Of a stretch of DNA of 64,000 nucleotides, positions 40,885-50,345 are shown piece after piece. The notes under the pieces were generated by a model. It was given only the letters and a program-made list of their open reading frames with translations. It was not told the DNA's origin and did not search any database. The stretch is from Alphaproteobacteria bacterium (GTDB lineage Bacteria; Pseudomonadota; Alphaproteobacteria; CAAGCB01; CAG-977): assembly GCA_017480385.1 (NCBI GenBank), contig JAFVAT010000005.1, positions 85,205 through 149,204 of the forward strand, written 5' to 3'. A program made the translations under genes and the position numbers. The first letter of the stretch is position 1. Every line of letters begins with the position of its first letter.

Positions 40885-41915
40885 GGCGGAATCCTTCTGT
40901 AATCCGCGGGAATATTTTTATCGAACCAGACTTTCAGCCGACCTAAAGCCGGGTGCTCCAACGCGCGTTCCAACAGCCGCCACAATCGGGGCAAATGCTG
41001 CAAATAACGGTTCTTTTTATCGCGAACGCACAAACGCACAAAAATGCCCAGCACTTTAATATGACGCTGTGCCGCTAAAACCGTCCAAGAAGCCAGAAAA
41101 TCTTCACGGTTGGCAATCTTTTTCCCCAAGCCGTCCATATAGCGGTTTCGCATATCATGAAACAGGTCAGGCGCAATATCCCGGCGGGCGTCTTCCAGCA
41201 AAGACATGATGTCATACGTGATCGTGCCGTGCAGCGCATCTTGAAAATCCAGCAAACCGCAGGCTTGCACGCCCTTCCGACTATCCAAACGCATCAGATT
41301 GTCCACATGGTAATCCCGCAGCACTAATGTTTTCGGCACATTATTGGCGATCGGGTACAGCTCTTCCCAAATCAACACAAAATCATCAACGGCATTTTTG
41401 TCGGCTTCCCGCCCGAAAGCCGCCGGCATAAACCAATCCGGAAACAGCATTAATTCCTGTTTGAGGGCGTCTTCGTCATACAGCGGCAAATTTTCGGGAA
41501 TAACCTCCGCCTCTTCATGTTTATGAAGATCTATCAGAAGATCCGTCGCCAATTCATACAGCTTTCGTTCGTCTGCGCCGTTTTTCAGCAAACGGGTATA
41601 GGTCGCATCACCGAAATCTTCCAGCAATACAAAGCCGTTTTCTTCGTCCTGCGCATAAACATGCGGCGCGCTGTAGCCTAAGGCCTCCAGCCTTTTTGCA
41701 ATTTTTAAAAACGGACGAACGTCCTCCATCGGCGGCGGAGCGTCCATTAAAACCATGGTTTCCGAACCGCGCGTCAAACGATCGTAATGCCTGAACGACG
41801 CGTCGACCGCCAACAGCTTTCTTTCCGCATCGTCCCAATGGTTCTTTTTTAAAAAAGCATTTAAAAGCTCTGAACGCTCAGACATGTTTTTATTTTCTCC
41901 ATTCTTTGAACCCAA
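40869..41915 (-). CDS. aminoglycoside-phosphotransferase-fold sugar kinase, AmgK-like
   Basis: APH fold 'RDYHVDNLM'; in the conserved tsaE-amgK-murU arrangement. Confidence 0.6.
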   Translation of the reverse strand: MGSKNGENKNMSERSELLNAFLKKNHWDDAERKLLAVDASFRHYDRLTRGSETMVLMDAPPPMEDVRPFLKIAKRLEALGYSAPHVYAQDEENGFVLLEDFGDATYTRLLKNGADERKLYELATDLLIDLHKHEEAEVIPENLPLYDEDALKQELMLFPDWFMPAAFGREADKNAVDDFVLIWEELYPIANNVPKTLVLRDYHVDNLMRLDSRKGVQACGLLDFQDALHGTITYDIMSLLEDARRDIAPDLFHDMRNRYMDGLGKKIANREDFLASWTVLAAQRHIKVLGIFVRLCVRDKKNRYLQHLPRLWRLLERALEHPALGRLKVWFDKNIPADYRRIPPCLLK

Positions 41916-42373
41916 CTTGAACCGTTTGCCGTTATGGTCACATTTCTTTTGTCAATCGCATCGGCAGGAATTTCCAGCTGAATCGTCAATCGGTTTTTCG
42001 GCAGCAAGCCTTCCGCCCGCTCCGGCCATTCTATCAAAGAAATACCGTCGGCAAGGGCCTCTTCAAAACCTGTTTCATAGATTTCCTGCGCTGTTTTCAA
42101 TCGATAAAGATCAAAATGCCAAAGAATTAATTCTTTCTCGTTTTGTCGGGCTTCATATGTTTGCACCAGCGTAAAAGTCGGACTGGGCACGTCTTCGTCC
42201 TGACGGGTGAGCGCCCGAATGAATGCTTTGGCAAAAACAGTTTTGCCTGCCCCCAAATCACCGGACAAAGCGATAACATCACGCGTTTTGGCCTGCTGCG
42301 CCAAAGCGGCCGCCAAAGCCTGAACGCCTTTTTGTGACACGCCTGTCAAAACAAAAGACTCAGAAAAGACCAA
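41861..42373 (-). CDS. tsaE: tRNA t6A biosynthesis ATPase TsaE
   Basis: 'LSGDLGAGKTVFAKAFIRAL' P-loop. Confidence 0.8.
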   Translation of the reverse strand: MVFSESFVLTGVSQKGVQALAAALAQQAKTRDVIALSGDLGAGKTVFAKAFIRALTRQDEDVPSPTFTLVQTYEARQNEKELILWHFDLYRLKTAQEIYETGFEEALADGISLIEWPERAEGLLPKNRLTIQLEIPADAIDKRNVTITANGSSWVQRMEKIKTCLSVQSF

Positions 42374-43304
42374 AGACCCCTTTTCCTTTCTTTTTCACTT
42401 TCCTGACCGCGGGTATCCGCTGTGCTCCGGAAGCGCTGCTTCTTTGAACCTGCTGCTGTGCAGCCCATTCCCATGGCATTTGGAAGCGGCCCTCCCACAT
42501 GCCCTTATGGCCTTCCTGCGCCTTTTGCTGATACGGCAAATAGATTTGTGTCACAGCAGGCAGAGCGATCGCCCACCCGGCTTCAACCATTGCGGCGCCT
42601 ATATCAAAAGAGCCGACAGAACAGGCCGCCATTAATTCGCCCTTCGCATTGATATTCATAATGCGGCAGCTGACATCGTCACCGCTGACAAAATCTTTCA
42701 GCATGCGCGCCGACACATATCCGCAGTTATATGTATGCCCGTCGGCATCAAGACATGTTTGATTGCTTAACGGAGAAGCCAAACCATACAGCCGAATGGT
42801 CTGTTGTCCGATCCGAAAAACATCGCCGCTGACAATTGAGGTAATCTTTCCCGAAACGGTATTCGGCGGCGTTTGTTGCATCTGCTGCATGGTGCCGGGG
42901 GGCAGTCCGACAAGCAGCTGCGGATCCAAAACCGGCTGCTGTTCCTGCATATCAGGAGCGACAGCGCCTTCAGCGGACAGTTCCTGATCCTGATTCTGCA
43001 GTGCTTCCTCCCCCGCCTCTTCCGATCGAGAAAGGTTTGAAGCCATACCCATAATATTGTTGACAATATCAGAACCGGAGACAAAAAAGAAAAGAACGCC
43101 GACAATAACCGCCATTAAAATAAACGTGGTCATGCATCCCAAAAAACGCCAGAGTCCTTTCCCCAAAAAGAAAAAACAAAGAATCCCGATCAGAATGGCT
43201 CCGCCGCCGACAGCCATATCTGCTCCGGAACCGTTTTGAAAACACAGGCTGCCGATATAAGAAGACGCCAATCCGATAATAAGAAGAGTTAAACGCAAAA
43301 ACAC
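42360..43304 (-). CDS. membrane-anchored thermonuclease (SNase-like) domain protein
   Basis: 3 N-terminal TM helices, Q/P-rich linker, SNase-like 'GDVFRIGQQTIRLYGLASP'. Confidence 0.55.
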   Translation of the reverse strand: MFLRLTLLIIGLASSYIGSLCFQNGSGADMAVGGGAILIGILCFFFLGKGLWRFLGCMTTFILMAVIVGVLFFFVSGSDIVNNIMGMASNLSRSEEAGEEALQNQDQELSAEGAVAPDMQEQQPVLDPQLLVGLPPGTMQQMQQTPPNTVSGKITSIVSGDVFRIGQQTIRLYGLASPLSNQTCLDADGHTYNCGYVSARMLKDFVSGDDVSCRIMNINAKGELMAACSVGSFDIGAAMVEAGWAIALPAVTQIYLPYQQKAQEGHKGMWEGRFQMPWEWAAQQQVQRSSASGAQRIPAVRKVKKKGKGVFGLF

Positions 43305-43351
43305 GTCAGATACCCTTTCGAATAAAACAAAAGTATGTAGCCATTAAAAAT

Positions 43352-43393
43352 AAAGCAGCGGACAAAGTCAAGAATCCGCTGCTTTATTTTTTT
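43352..43393. terminator. bidirectional terminator
   Basis: AAAGCAGCGGA(n12)TCCGCTGCTTT + T8. Confidence 0.6.
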
Positions 43394-43404
43394 ATCTTCA
43401 GCCA

Positions 43405-44139
43405 TTAATGGACACGTTCATCACGTTTGCGCAGGCGCATTTCGGCAATCCGAGAGTTGTTTTGCTCGCGGCGCTGGGATTTTTGATATTTTTTCGCAAA
43501 ATCCGTGTCGCGGCGCGTAACAGCCTGATTCTTGTTCAGACCGCGCAGTTTTCTGAGCTTTTCAATGCTGATTTTATTGCCGTATGCATCTGTCACATAC
43601 AGCTCTTTTTTAGCGGTCTTTTCCAATTCTTTCTTTCTGCCGCGTTCAATTTTAGCACGAGACAGACGGTCACGGCGTTCAGAAGGCAGCAGTTTGTGTT
43701 TGGAACGTTTTTTGCGTTTTGCAGCCCCTTCCAATCCGCGGACATCTTTTTTCTTGATATTCAGCGGATCATCTCTGCCGACCATGCTGTTGGAATTTTG
43801 GGCACGCCTGATATCTTCCTTGGACAACAGCCCTTCCATGCCCAGCTTTTTTTCCTGCCGCAAAATTTTATTGCGCACTTCAATTTTTTCTTCAATGCGG
43901 CGAACATCTTCACGGCGCTGCTTTTCAATGATATCCGTTTCTTTGGACTGACGATTCTTTTCCGCCTTTTCGGCATACAAGCGATCCTCCGCCTGTTTTG
44001 CAGCCTTGGCCGTACGGAATAAAAGGCCGTCATCTTTTACTATGTTGGAATGAACATTCTTTTGAGCCTCACGGCGCTGTTTCCATACCATATCGCTGTT
44101 GTCAGCCAAGCGAATGCGTTTTCTTTTATTTTCGTCCAT
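43405..44139 (-). CDS. hypothetical highly charged K/R/E-rich protein
   Basis: 244 aa, ~45% K/R/E/D, no hydrophobic segments, predicted coiled-coil. Confidence 0.4.
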   Translation of the reverse strand: MDENKRKRIRLADNSDMVWKQRREAQKNVHSNIVKDDGLLFRTAKAAKQAEDRLYAEKAEKNRQSKETDIIEKQRREDVRRIEEKIEVRNKILRQEKKLGMEGLLSKEDIRRAQNSNSMVGRDDPLNIKKKDVRGLEGAAKRKKRSKHKLLPSERRDRLSRAKIERGRKKELEKTAKKELYVTDAYGNKISIEKLRKLRGLNKNQAVTRRDTDFAKKYQKSQRREQNNSRIAEMRLRKRDERVH

Positions 44140-44278
44140 ATCAGTCGTCCTTCATTTCAGAAAAGCTGAAATTCCTTTACCATAAGTTAACTATACAAGA
44201 AAGAAAAAAAGAAGAAAAGTTTTTTTGAAAAAATCGACAAAAAAAGAATATGACATTCTTGTGACATCTTTGTAACGC

Positions 44279-46675
44279 TTAGTGAATCGGAAGATAAATT
44301 TGCGTTTTCTTTGTCCCTTTTTTGTCCGAAACAGCCAAAGTACCGCCGTGCATTTCAATAAAATTGCGAATAAGCGCCGCCGCGAACCCGTTTTGGGCGG
44401 CAAAATTGACCGTATCGGAGTCGTTTTTGACATTGAGGGACTGTTCTTCAATTGCAATGATCAAATTTTTATTCTCGACCTGAACGGATAAAGAGATTGT
44501 GCCGTCTTTAAAGGCTGCGGAAACGGCATTGTTCATCAGATAAAACAAGACTTGTTTCAGCCTCTTTTGATCTGCGATCAGCAAAGGCAAGTTATCGGGA
44601 TATGTTAAATTAAGCGTGATATTTTTATTTTTTGCCTGTTCCCGAACGATTTTTAAAATACCGTTTAAAAGGGCGTGAATATCAACAGAATTCAGTTCCA
44701 AAACGGCAGAGCCCGTTTCGATTAAAGCCAAATCGGTCATATCTTTGAACAGGCTTTTTAATTCCGCCGATGCATCTGCAATCGTTTGCAAAAAAGCTTT
44801 TTGCTGCCTGCCGGCATGCGGATTTTTGCCTTTTGCCAGCTTTTGCGCCGATTCTGTTAAAACAGACAGCTGAGGATTGATTTCCCGGCTCAGCTGTTCC
44901 AAAAAGACGGCTCGCAGTTTTTCCGCCTGAATCGTCGTTTGGCGGAACCTGCTGAGAAGCGTTTCCTTTTCTTCAATCAAGGAAGAGCGTTTTTCTTCCT
45001 CCGTAACGTCTAAAAACGAAACAAAAATACCGCCGTCAGGCAGACCGACGGCAATAAATTCCAGAACTTTTCCGTCAGGACGCAAGATCTGAAATATTTC
45101 TCCGGTATGCGATGTAATGACTCCCAGCAGTTGCTCTTTTGAAGTTTCCCAATTATTTTCGTTTTCAAAAAACGGACGCAATTTTTCCAAAACTTCCATG
45201 ACAGACAAGGGCTGGCGGTTAAAATCGGGATCACTGATCTGCCATAAATTAAGATACGCCGCATTGGCCAGTTTTAACCGCCCGTTGCGTCCAAAAAGCA
45301 GGATCGCTTCACGCAGGTGGTTGACAACCGTGAACTGCGTTTCATTCAAAACGGTCATCGACCGTTCCATTGTCAAATGGCCGGTAACATCTTCATATGT
45401 GATCAACAGACCTCCCAACGGGTGAGGTGTCAACATACGGCGCAATGTAACGCCCGAAGGCAGATGCAGAATGTCTTCCGTTGCCGAAACCAGAGAAGTA
45501 AAAAATTTAATTTCGCGTGTTTTATATGCATTAAAGTCTCTGTTTTCCGGCAATCGGCGTTTTTCGCGCATCATATCCAAGACATGCGAATACGTCGGCG
45601 ATCCGTCCAATTCCTCTTCTTCCAAATCCCACAGATTCATAAAAGAAGTATTATAAAACTGCAGGCGCATTTCAGCATCGAAAACAGCAATAGCGGTTTT
45701 CAAATGCTCCAAAACGCCATTGTGGGAAGCGATATGGCGCTGCAAACTGTTCTGTAATTCTTGTTCCTGCGTGATATCCCGAACAAAACCTATCGTTTTG
45801 TTTTTGGAGTACATTTGTGCCGGCAGCGGAATTTCCGAAGCTTCCACCCAGCGACGCTTGCCCTCCATAACGACATATTCACGGGTTTTTCTTTCCTTGC
45901 CGGCGGCTCTGGCCGCTGCTGCCAGCACTTTTGCCTCCCGCGGGGATTTTTCATAAACCAATTCACTGCCTAACAGCAGCGCCTGATCAATTGATTCAGC
46001 ATGAACAGCCGCAGCATAGGCCGTATTGCATAATGCCAGCTGCAGGTCTTCATTGCGCAGCCAAACCGGAAACGGCAGAGAATTAAACGCCTGACGGAAC
46101 AGAGCATTTTCTTTTTCCAACTCCCGAACACGATCTGTCAAAGACAACAATTTTTCGGCTGTTTCAGTCGTTTCCCGAATCCATAGCACGTCAACAATAT
46201 TGTTATATCCGACCGTATGCGTTCGAAAACCTGAAACCAAAAAACGGCGCATTTCAGTTTTGTGCTGCAATTCCAGAGCAAAAGGACGCTCGTTTGTTCT
46301 TAAAGCATTCAAAGCGGCGCTTAAAAGATCGGCGCTGTCAGGGGAAAAATGCTCCAGCAGAGCATCAAAAGAGGCCTCTGTTCCATGCGCCAGATCCATC
46401 ATCACGGCCAGTCGCCGGGAACAATATGTTTCCCGAATAAAGCCGATCGGATCATATTCCCACAAGTAATACCCGTCAGGAAAACTTTCCAGCGTTTCCT
46501 CCTGCAAATCCAGCTTTTCCTCTGTCATGACCAGCCGGCGATGTAGTCGAAGCAATAAATAAAAAGCGGACAGACAAGCCAAGACGACAACCAGACACGT
46601 AAAAATAAGCGTTTTCGGATAAAAAAACGCGGAAATAATCATTCTGGCCAGAACTGAATCAAATGCTGTCATCAT
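44279..46675 (-). CDS. multi-PAS sensor histidine kinase (PleC/DivJ-like)
   Basis: 798 aa; N-terminal TM helices, several PAS repeats, C-terminal HATPase. Confidence 0.75.
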   Translation of the reverse strand: MMTAFDSVLARMIISAFFYPKTLIFTCLVVVLACLSAFYLLLRLHRRLVMTEEKLDLQEETLESFPDGYYLWEYDPIGFIRETYCSRRLAVMMDLAHGTEASFDALLEHFSPDSADLLSAALNALRTNERPFALELQHKTEMRRFLVSGFRTHTVGYNNIVDVLWIRETTETAEKLLSLTDRVRELEKENALFRQAFNSLPFPVWLRNEDLQLALCNTAYAAAVHAESIDQALLLGSELVYEKSPREAKVLAAAARAAGKERKTREYVVMEGKRRWVEASEIPLPAQMYSKNKTIGFVRDITQEQELQNSLQRHIASHNGVLEHLKTAIAVFDAEMRLQFYNTSFMNLWDLEEEELDGSPTYSHVLDMMREKRRLPENRDFNAYKTREIKFFTSLVSATEDILHLPSGVTLRRMLTPHPLGGLLITYEDVTGHLTMERSMTVLNETQFTVVNHLREAILLFGRNGRLKLANAAYLNLWQISDPDFNRQPLSVMEVLEKLRPFFENENNWETSKEQLLGVITSHTGEIFQILRPDGKVLEFIAVGLPDGGIFVSFLDVTEEEKRSSLIEEKETLLSRFRQTTIQAEKLRAVFLEQLSREINPQLSVLTESAQKLAKGKNPHAGRQQKAFLQTIADASAELKSLFKDMTDLALIETGSAVLELNSVDIHALLNGILKIVREQAKNKNITLNLTYPDNLPLLIADQKRLKQVLFYLMNNAVSAAFKDGTISLSVQVENKNLIIAIEEQSLNVKNDSDTVNFAAQNGFAAALIRNFIEMHGGTLAVSDKKGTKKTQIYLPIH

Positions 46676-46827
46676 CTTTTTAAAATAGCGCGCCGAATAT
46701 GAAACGGCAAAGTAAAAATTGAAATATCGGAAATGTTTTCTAAAAGGATATCTTTTTTTAATTGATTTTCTCGAATAAAATAGTGATTATCTGTAAATCA
46801 TTGAAATTACTTAAAAGGAACGTGATT

Positions 46828-47316
46828 ATGGTGAGAAATAGAAAATCTTCGCGCGGCAGGACCGCGGACGGTTCGCCTAACCCGATTGACGTTTATGTCG
46901 GCGCCAGAGTCAAAATGCGCCGCACGCTGCTGGGAATGAGCCAGGAAAAATTGGGTGAAGCAATAGGTTTGACATTTCAGCAGGTTCAAAAATATGAACG
47001 CGGGCTGAACCGCATCAGCGCCAGCCGCTTATTTGACATCGGAAAAGTTTTGGAAGTGCCTATCAGTTTCTTTTTTGAAGAAATGGACGATCAGGTGGCA
47101 GAGCTTTCTCCGCGAATGTTGGCCGGCGCCGCCGAATTAGCGGAAGAGCCTGTTCTGTTTAATTACGATCCCATGACAAAGCGCGAAACGCTGGAGCTTG
47201 TCCGTTGCTATTACATGATTCCGGATCGCCGGCTGGCAAAGAAGCTACTGGATTTAATCAAGACCATGGCTTCCCCCGCCGAAATGGAAGAAGAGGAACA
47301 GGAACAGGAAGATTAA
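46828..47316 (+). CDS. HTH_XRE-family transcriptional regulator
   Basis: 'MSQEKLGEAIGLTFQQVQKYERGLNRISASRLFDI'; AAGGAA RBS; acidic C-terminus. Confidence 0.8.
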   Translation: MVRNRKSSRGRTADGSPNPIDVYVGARVKMRRTLLGMSQEKLGEAIGLTFQQVQKYERGLNRISASRLFDIGKVLEVPISFFFEEMDDQVAELSPRMLAGAAELAEEPVLFNYDPMTKRETLELVRCYYMIPDRRLAKKLLDLIKTMASPAEMEEEEQEQED

Positions 47317-47335
47317 ATTTTTTCTTTCATATAAA

Positions 47336-47367
47336 ATGCGGTTCTTCAGCAAGGACCGCATTTTTTT
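47336..47367 (+). terminator. intrinsic terminator
   Basis: ATGCGG...CCGCAT stem + T7. Confidence 0.6.
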
Positions 47368-47469
47368 ATGCCAAAAACGGCAGAGGCACACTAATTTTCT
47401 GTTTTCAAAGTCTATTTTCTCCTTTATACCTGTACAGGTAATCATTTTTGGACATGAGGAGTACATTTT

Positions 47470-48639
47470 ATGAGGAAAAATTACCTGTTTACCAGCGAGT
47501 CCGTTTCCGAAGGACACCCGGACAAAGTTTGCGACAGCATTTCAGACACCCTGCTGGATTTGTTTTTAACACATGATCCTCAGGCGCGTTCTGCTGTAGA
47601 AACAATGGTTTCGACAGATCGGGTCATTATCTGCGGCGAAGCCCGTTTGCCCGAAACCGTTGACAAACATATGATGGAGGAGGCCGTTCGCCAATGTATC
47701 AAAAACATCGGTTATGAACAAAAAGGGTTTGACTGGCAGACGGCAGATATCCAAAATTATATTCATAAACAATCCTCAGACATCGCGCGCGGCGTTGACG
47801 AACAAGAAAATAAAGAAGAAGGAGCCGGCGATCAGGGCATTATTTTCGGCTATGCCACAAATGAAATGGACGGGACAGAATACTCTCCGGCAACGTTGTT
47901 CTTGTCTCATGCGATTTTAAAGGAACTGGCCCGGCTGCGTCATGCGGGCGAAGTCAAATGGCTGCGTCCTGATGCGAAAAGTCAGGTAACGTTGCGTTAT
48001 GAAAACGGCAAACCGGTCGATGTGGATACGGTTGTCGTTTCAACACAGCATACGGAAGAAGTTTCGTATGAAGAAATCCGTGCGACGGTACGCAAAGTAG
48101 TCGATCAAATCTTGCCAAACGGCTGGACGGTTGATGAAAAGAAATTTTACGTTAATCCAACGGGACGCTTTGTGATCGGCGGCCCTGACGGAGATACGGG
48201 ACTGACGGGACGCAAGATCATCGTTGACACATACGGCGGCGCGATCGCACATGGCGGCGGCGCTTTTTCGGGCAAAGACCCGACCAAGGTTGATCGTTCC
48301 GCAGCCTATGCGACACGTTATCTGGCCAAGAACATTGTTGCCGCAGGTTTGGCAGACAGGGCTATGATTCAGCTGGCTTATGCGATCGGCGTGGCCAAGC
48401 CTTTGGCGGTATATCTCGACACATTCGGAACCTGCAAAGTAGACGAAGACAAGTTGGAAAAGATTCTGCCGGAAGTCATGGATCTGACGCCGCGCGGCAT
48501 TCGTACACATCTGGAACTGAACCGTCCGATTTATCTGCCGACGTCCCGTTATGGCCACTTTGGTAGAGCGCCCGGTGTTGACGGCGCTTTCCCGTGGGAA
48601 AAAACCGATCTGGCTGATAAATTAAAAGCGGCCTTTTAA
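47470..48639 (+). CDS. metK: S-adenosylmethionine synthetase
   Basis: '[18 protein letters not shown]', '[19 protein letters not shown]'. Confidence 0.95.
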   Translation: MRKNYLFTSESVSEGHPDKVCDSISDTLLDLFLTHDPQARSAVETMVSTDRVIICGEARLPETVDKHMMEEAVRQCIKNIGYEQKGFDWQTADIQNYIHKQSSDIARGVDEQENKEEGAGDQGIIFGYATNEMDGTEYSPATLFLSHAILKELARLRHAGEVKWLRPDAKSQVTLRYENGKPVDVDTVVVSTQHTEEVSYEEIRATVRKVVDQILPNGWTVDEKKFYVNPTGRFVIGGPDGDTGLTGRKIIVDTYGGAIAHGGGAFSGKDPTKVDRSAAYATRYLAKNIVAAGLADRAMIQLAYAIGVAKPLAVYLDTFGTCKVDEDKLEKILPEVMDLTPRGIRTHLELNRPIYLPTSRYGHFGRAPGVDGAFPWEKTDLADKLKAAF

Positions 48640-48651
48640 GGAATTGCCTCA

Positions 48652-49392
48652 ATGGAAAAAACCAAGACGGCGGATTATCGTTTCTATGGACGGCGAAAAG
48701 GAAAAAAGCTGAAGCCTTCGCGCGAAGTGCTGCTTGAGTCGTTTTTGCCGAAAGTGCGTTTGCCGGATATTGTCGGTCGAGAAGATATTGATCCGCTGTC
48801 TTGTTTTTCTTTGCCCGTACAATCCGTTTGGCTGGAAATCGGTTTCGGCGGCGGCGAACATTTGGCGGAACAATCCCGCCGTTACCCGCAGACTGGTTTT
48901 ATCGGAGCGGAGGTTTTTTTAAACGGCATCACCAGTTTGCTGACGCATCTAACGGGCATGGAACACCGCGGAGATGTAGATGAAAACGTCGGTTTAGCGG
49001 AAGGGCGTGCGGACAACGTTCGTGTTTACGGCGAAGACGTGCGCGATATTCTGCCTTGCTTCAAAGCGGGCGGTTTTGAAAGAATCTATGTTCTTTTCCC
49101 CGATCCTTGGCCAAAAAGGCGGCATGCGGACAGACGCTTTATCGGGCCTAAAAATCTGCCGGTTTTGGCCCGGCTGCTCAAATCGGGCGGAGAACTGCGG
49201 ATTGCCAGCGATGATATGAATTATATCCGTTGGTCTTTGCAGCACTTAATGAATTCGCCTGATTTCGAATGGACGGCCCGATCCGCCGATGATTGGCGCA
49301 AACCGCCCGCAGACTGGGTTAATACTCGTTACGAACAAAAAGCGCTCGCCAAGGGAAAAAAGCCCGTCTATCTTATTTTTAAACGGAAATAA
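48652..49392 (+). CDS. trmB: tRNA (guanine-N7)-methyltransferase
   Basis: 'LEIGFGGGEHL' SAM-binding motif. Confidence 0.85.
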   Translation: MEKTKTADYRFYGRRKGKKLKPSREVLLESFLPKVRLPDIVGREDIDPLSCFSLPVQSVWLEIGFGGGEHLAEQSRRYPQTGFIGAEVFLNGITSLLTHLTGMEHRGDVDENVGLAEGRADNVRVYGEDVRDILPCFKAGGFERIYVLFPDPWPKRRHADRRFIGPKNLPVLARLLKSGGELRIASDDMNYIRWSLQHLMNSPDFEWTARSADDWRKPPADWVNTRYEQKALAKGKKPVYLIFKRK

Positions 49393-49395
49393 ACT

Positions 49396-49698
49396 ATGCA
49401 GGTTTCAGTCAGGACAGCTTCTCAACAGCGTGAATTTTTTATTAAAGGCGATTTTACGGCGCAGGACGAAAAACGTTTTTTTGACGTGTTTGTTCAGATC
49501 CGTTCTATGACGGAACCGCAGCTGGCTTTTAATTTAGCGCAGTGCACCTTTATTGATTCCGCGGCCATGGGCATGTTGGTCGTTGCTTTTGAAGAGGCCG
49601 CCAAGCGCAATATTTTCCGTCTGATCCGGCAGGCGCCGGCCTCTCTGGAGGGCATTTTGCGTTCCGCCGGTTTTGACCGGTTCTGCTCTTTTCAGTAA
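49396..49698 (+). CDS. STAS-domain protein (anti-sigma-factor antagonist-like)
   Basis: 100 aa; 'FIDSAAMGMLVVAFEEA'. Confidence 0.55.
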   Translation: MQVSVRTASQQREFFIKGDFTAQDEKRFFDVFVQIRSMTEPQLAFNLAQCTFIDSAAMGMLVVAFEEAAKRNIFRLIRQAPASLEGILRSAGFDRFCSFQ

Positions 49699-49776
49699 AA
49701 ACAATAAAAAAAGCTTGCCTGAATAAAAAAGCTTTGATATGTATGGAACATACATTCTTATAGTTTCTATGAGGGT

Positions 49777-49802
49777 GGGCTTAAAAAAGCCCGCTTTTTT
49801 TT
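49777..49802 (+). terminator. terminator/attenuator hairpin 34 nt upstream of rimP
   Basis: GGGCTTaaaaAAGCCC + T8. Confidence 0.5.
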
Positions 49803-49835
49803 ATGGTAAGAGCCGAAGAAACAAGGGAGGTCTTA

Positions 49836-50333
49836 ATGACTTTGAATGATACGCTGAACGAACTGATTGAACCGATTTGCGATCAAATGGGCTATGATTT
49901 GGTTCGTTTGCAGCTGCAGGGCGGCAATTCGCGCAAAGTACTGCAGATCATGGCAGAACGCAAAGACCGTCAGGCCATGACTGTTGACGACTGCGCCGAT
50001 TTAAGCCGGGCCATTTCTCCGGCATTAGATGAAAAAGACCCGATCGAAGACAATTATACGCTGGAGGTCAGCTCTCCGGGAATCGACAGACCTTTGGTAA
50101 AATTAAATGATTTTGATCGGTTCAAAGGGTTTGAAGCAAAAATCGAAGCTCTGACTCTGATCAATGGCAGGAAACGTTTTTCCGGTCGTTTGCAGGGAGT
50201 TGACGGCGATGACGTCGTTCTTCTTTTTGAAAACGAAGACGTTCGAATCCCCTTTGATCAGATCGCCAAAGCAAAGCTGATCTTAACCGATGAACTGCTG
50301 GCGGCTTTTGCTTCGCAGAATGATGAGGAATAA
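49836..50333 (+). CDS. rimP: ribosome maturation factor RimP
   Basis: GGGAGG RBS then ATG at 49836; conserved position before nusA. Confidence 0.85.
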   Translation: MTLNDTLNELIEPICDQMGYDLVRLQLQGGNSRKVLQIMAERKDRQAMTVDDCADLSRAISPALDEKDPIEDNYTLEVSSPGIDRPLVKLNDFDRFKGFEAKIEALTLINGRKRFSGRLQGVDGDDVVLLFENEDVRIPFDQIAKAKLILTDELLAAFASQNDEE

Positions 50334-50345
50334 AGGGAAAAACTA

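Noticed and set aside
47317-47469. Looked for a SAM-II (metK-type) riboswitch upstream of metK
   Set aside because: I found only the upstream terminator and an AGGAG RBS. I could not recognise a SAM-II pseudoknot consensus; without a covariance-model search I cannot assert one.
50230-50250. tRNA T-loop-like GTTCGAATCC
   Set aside because: It lies inside the rimP coding frame, with no acceptor or anticodon arm arrangement around it.
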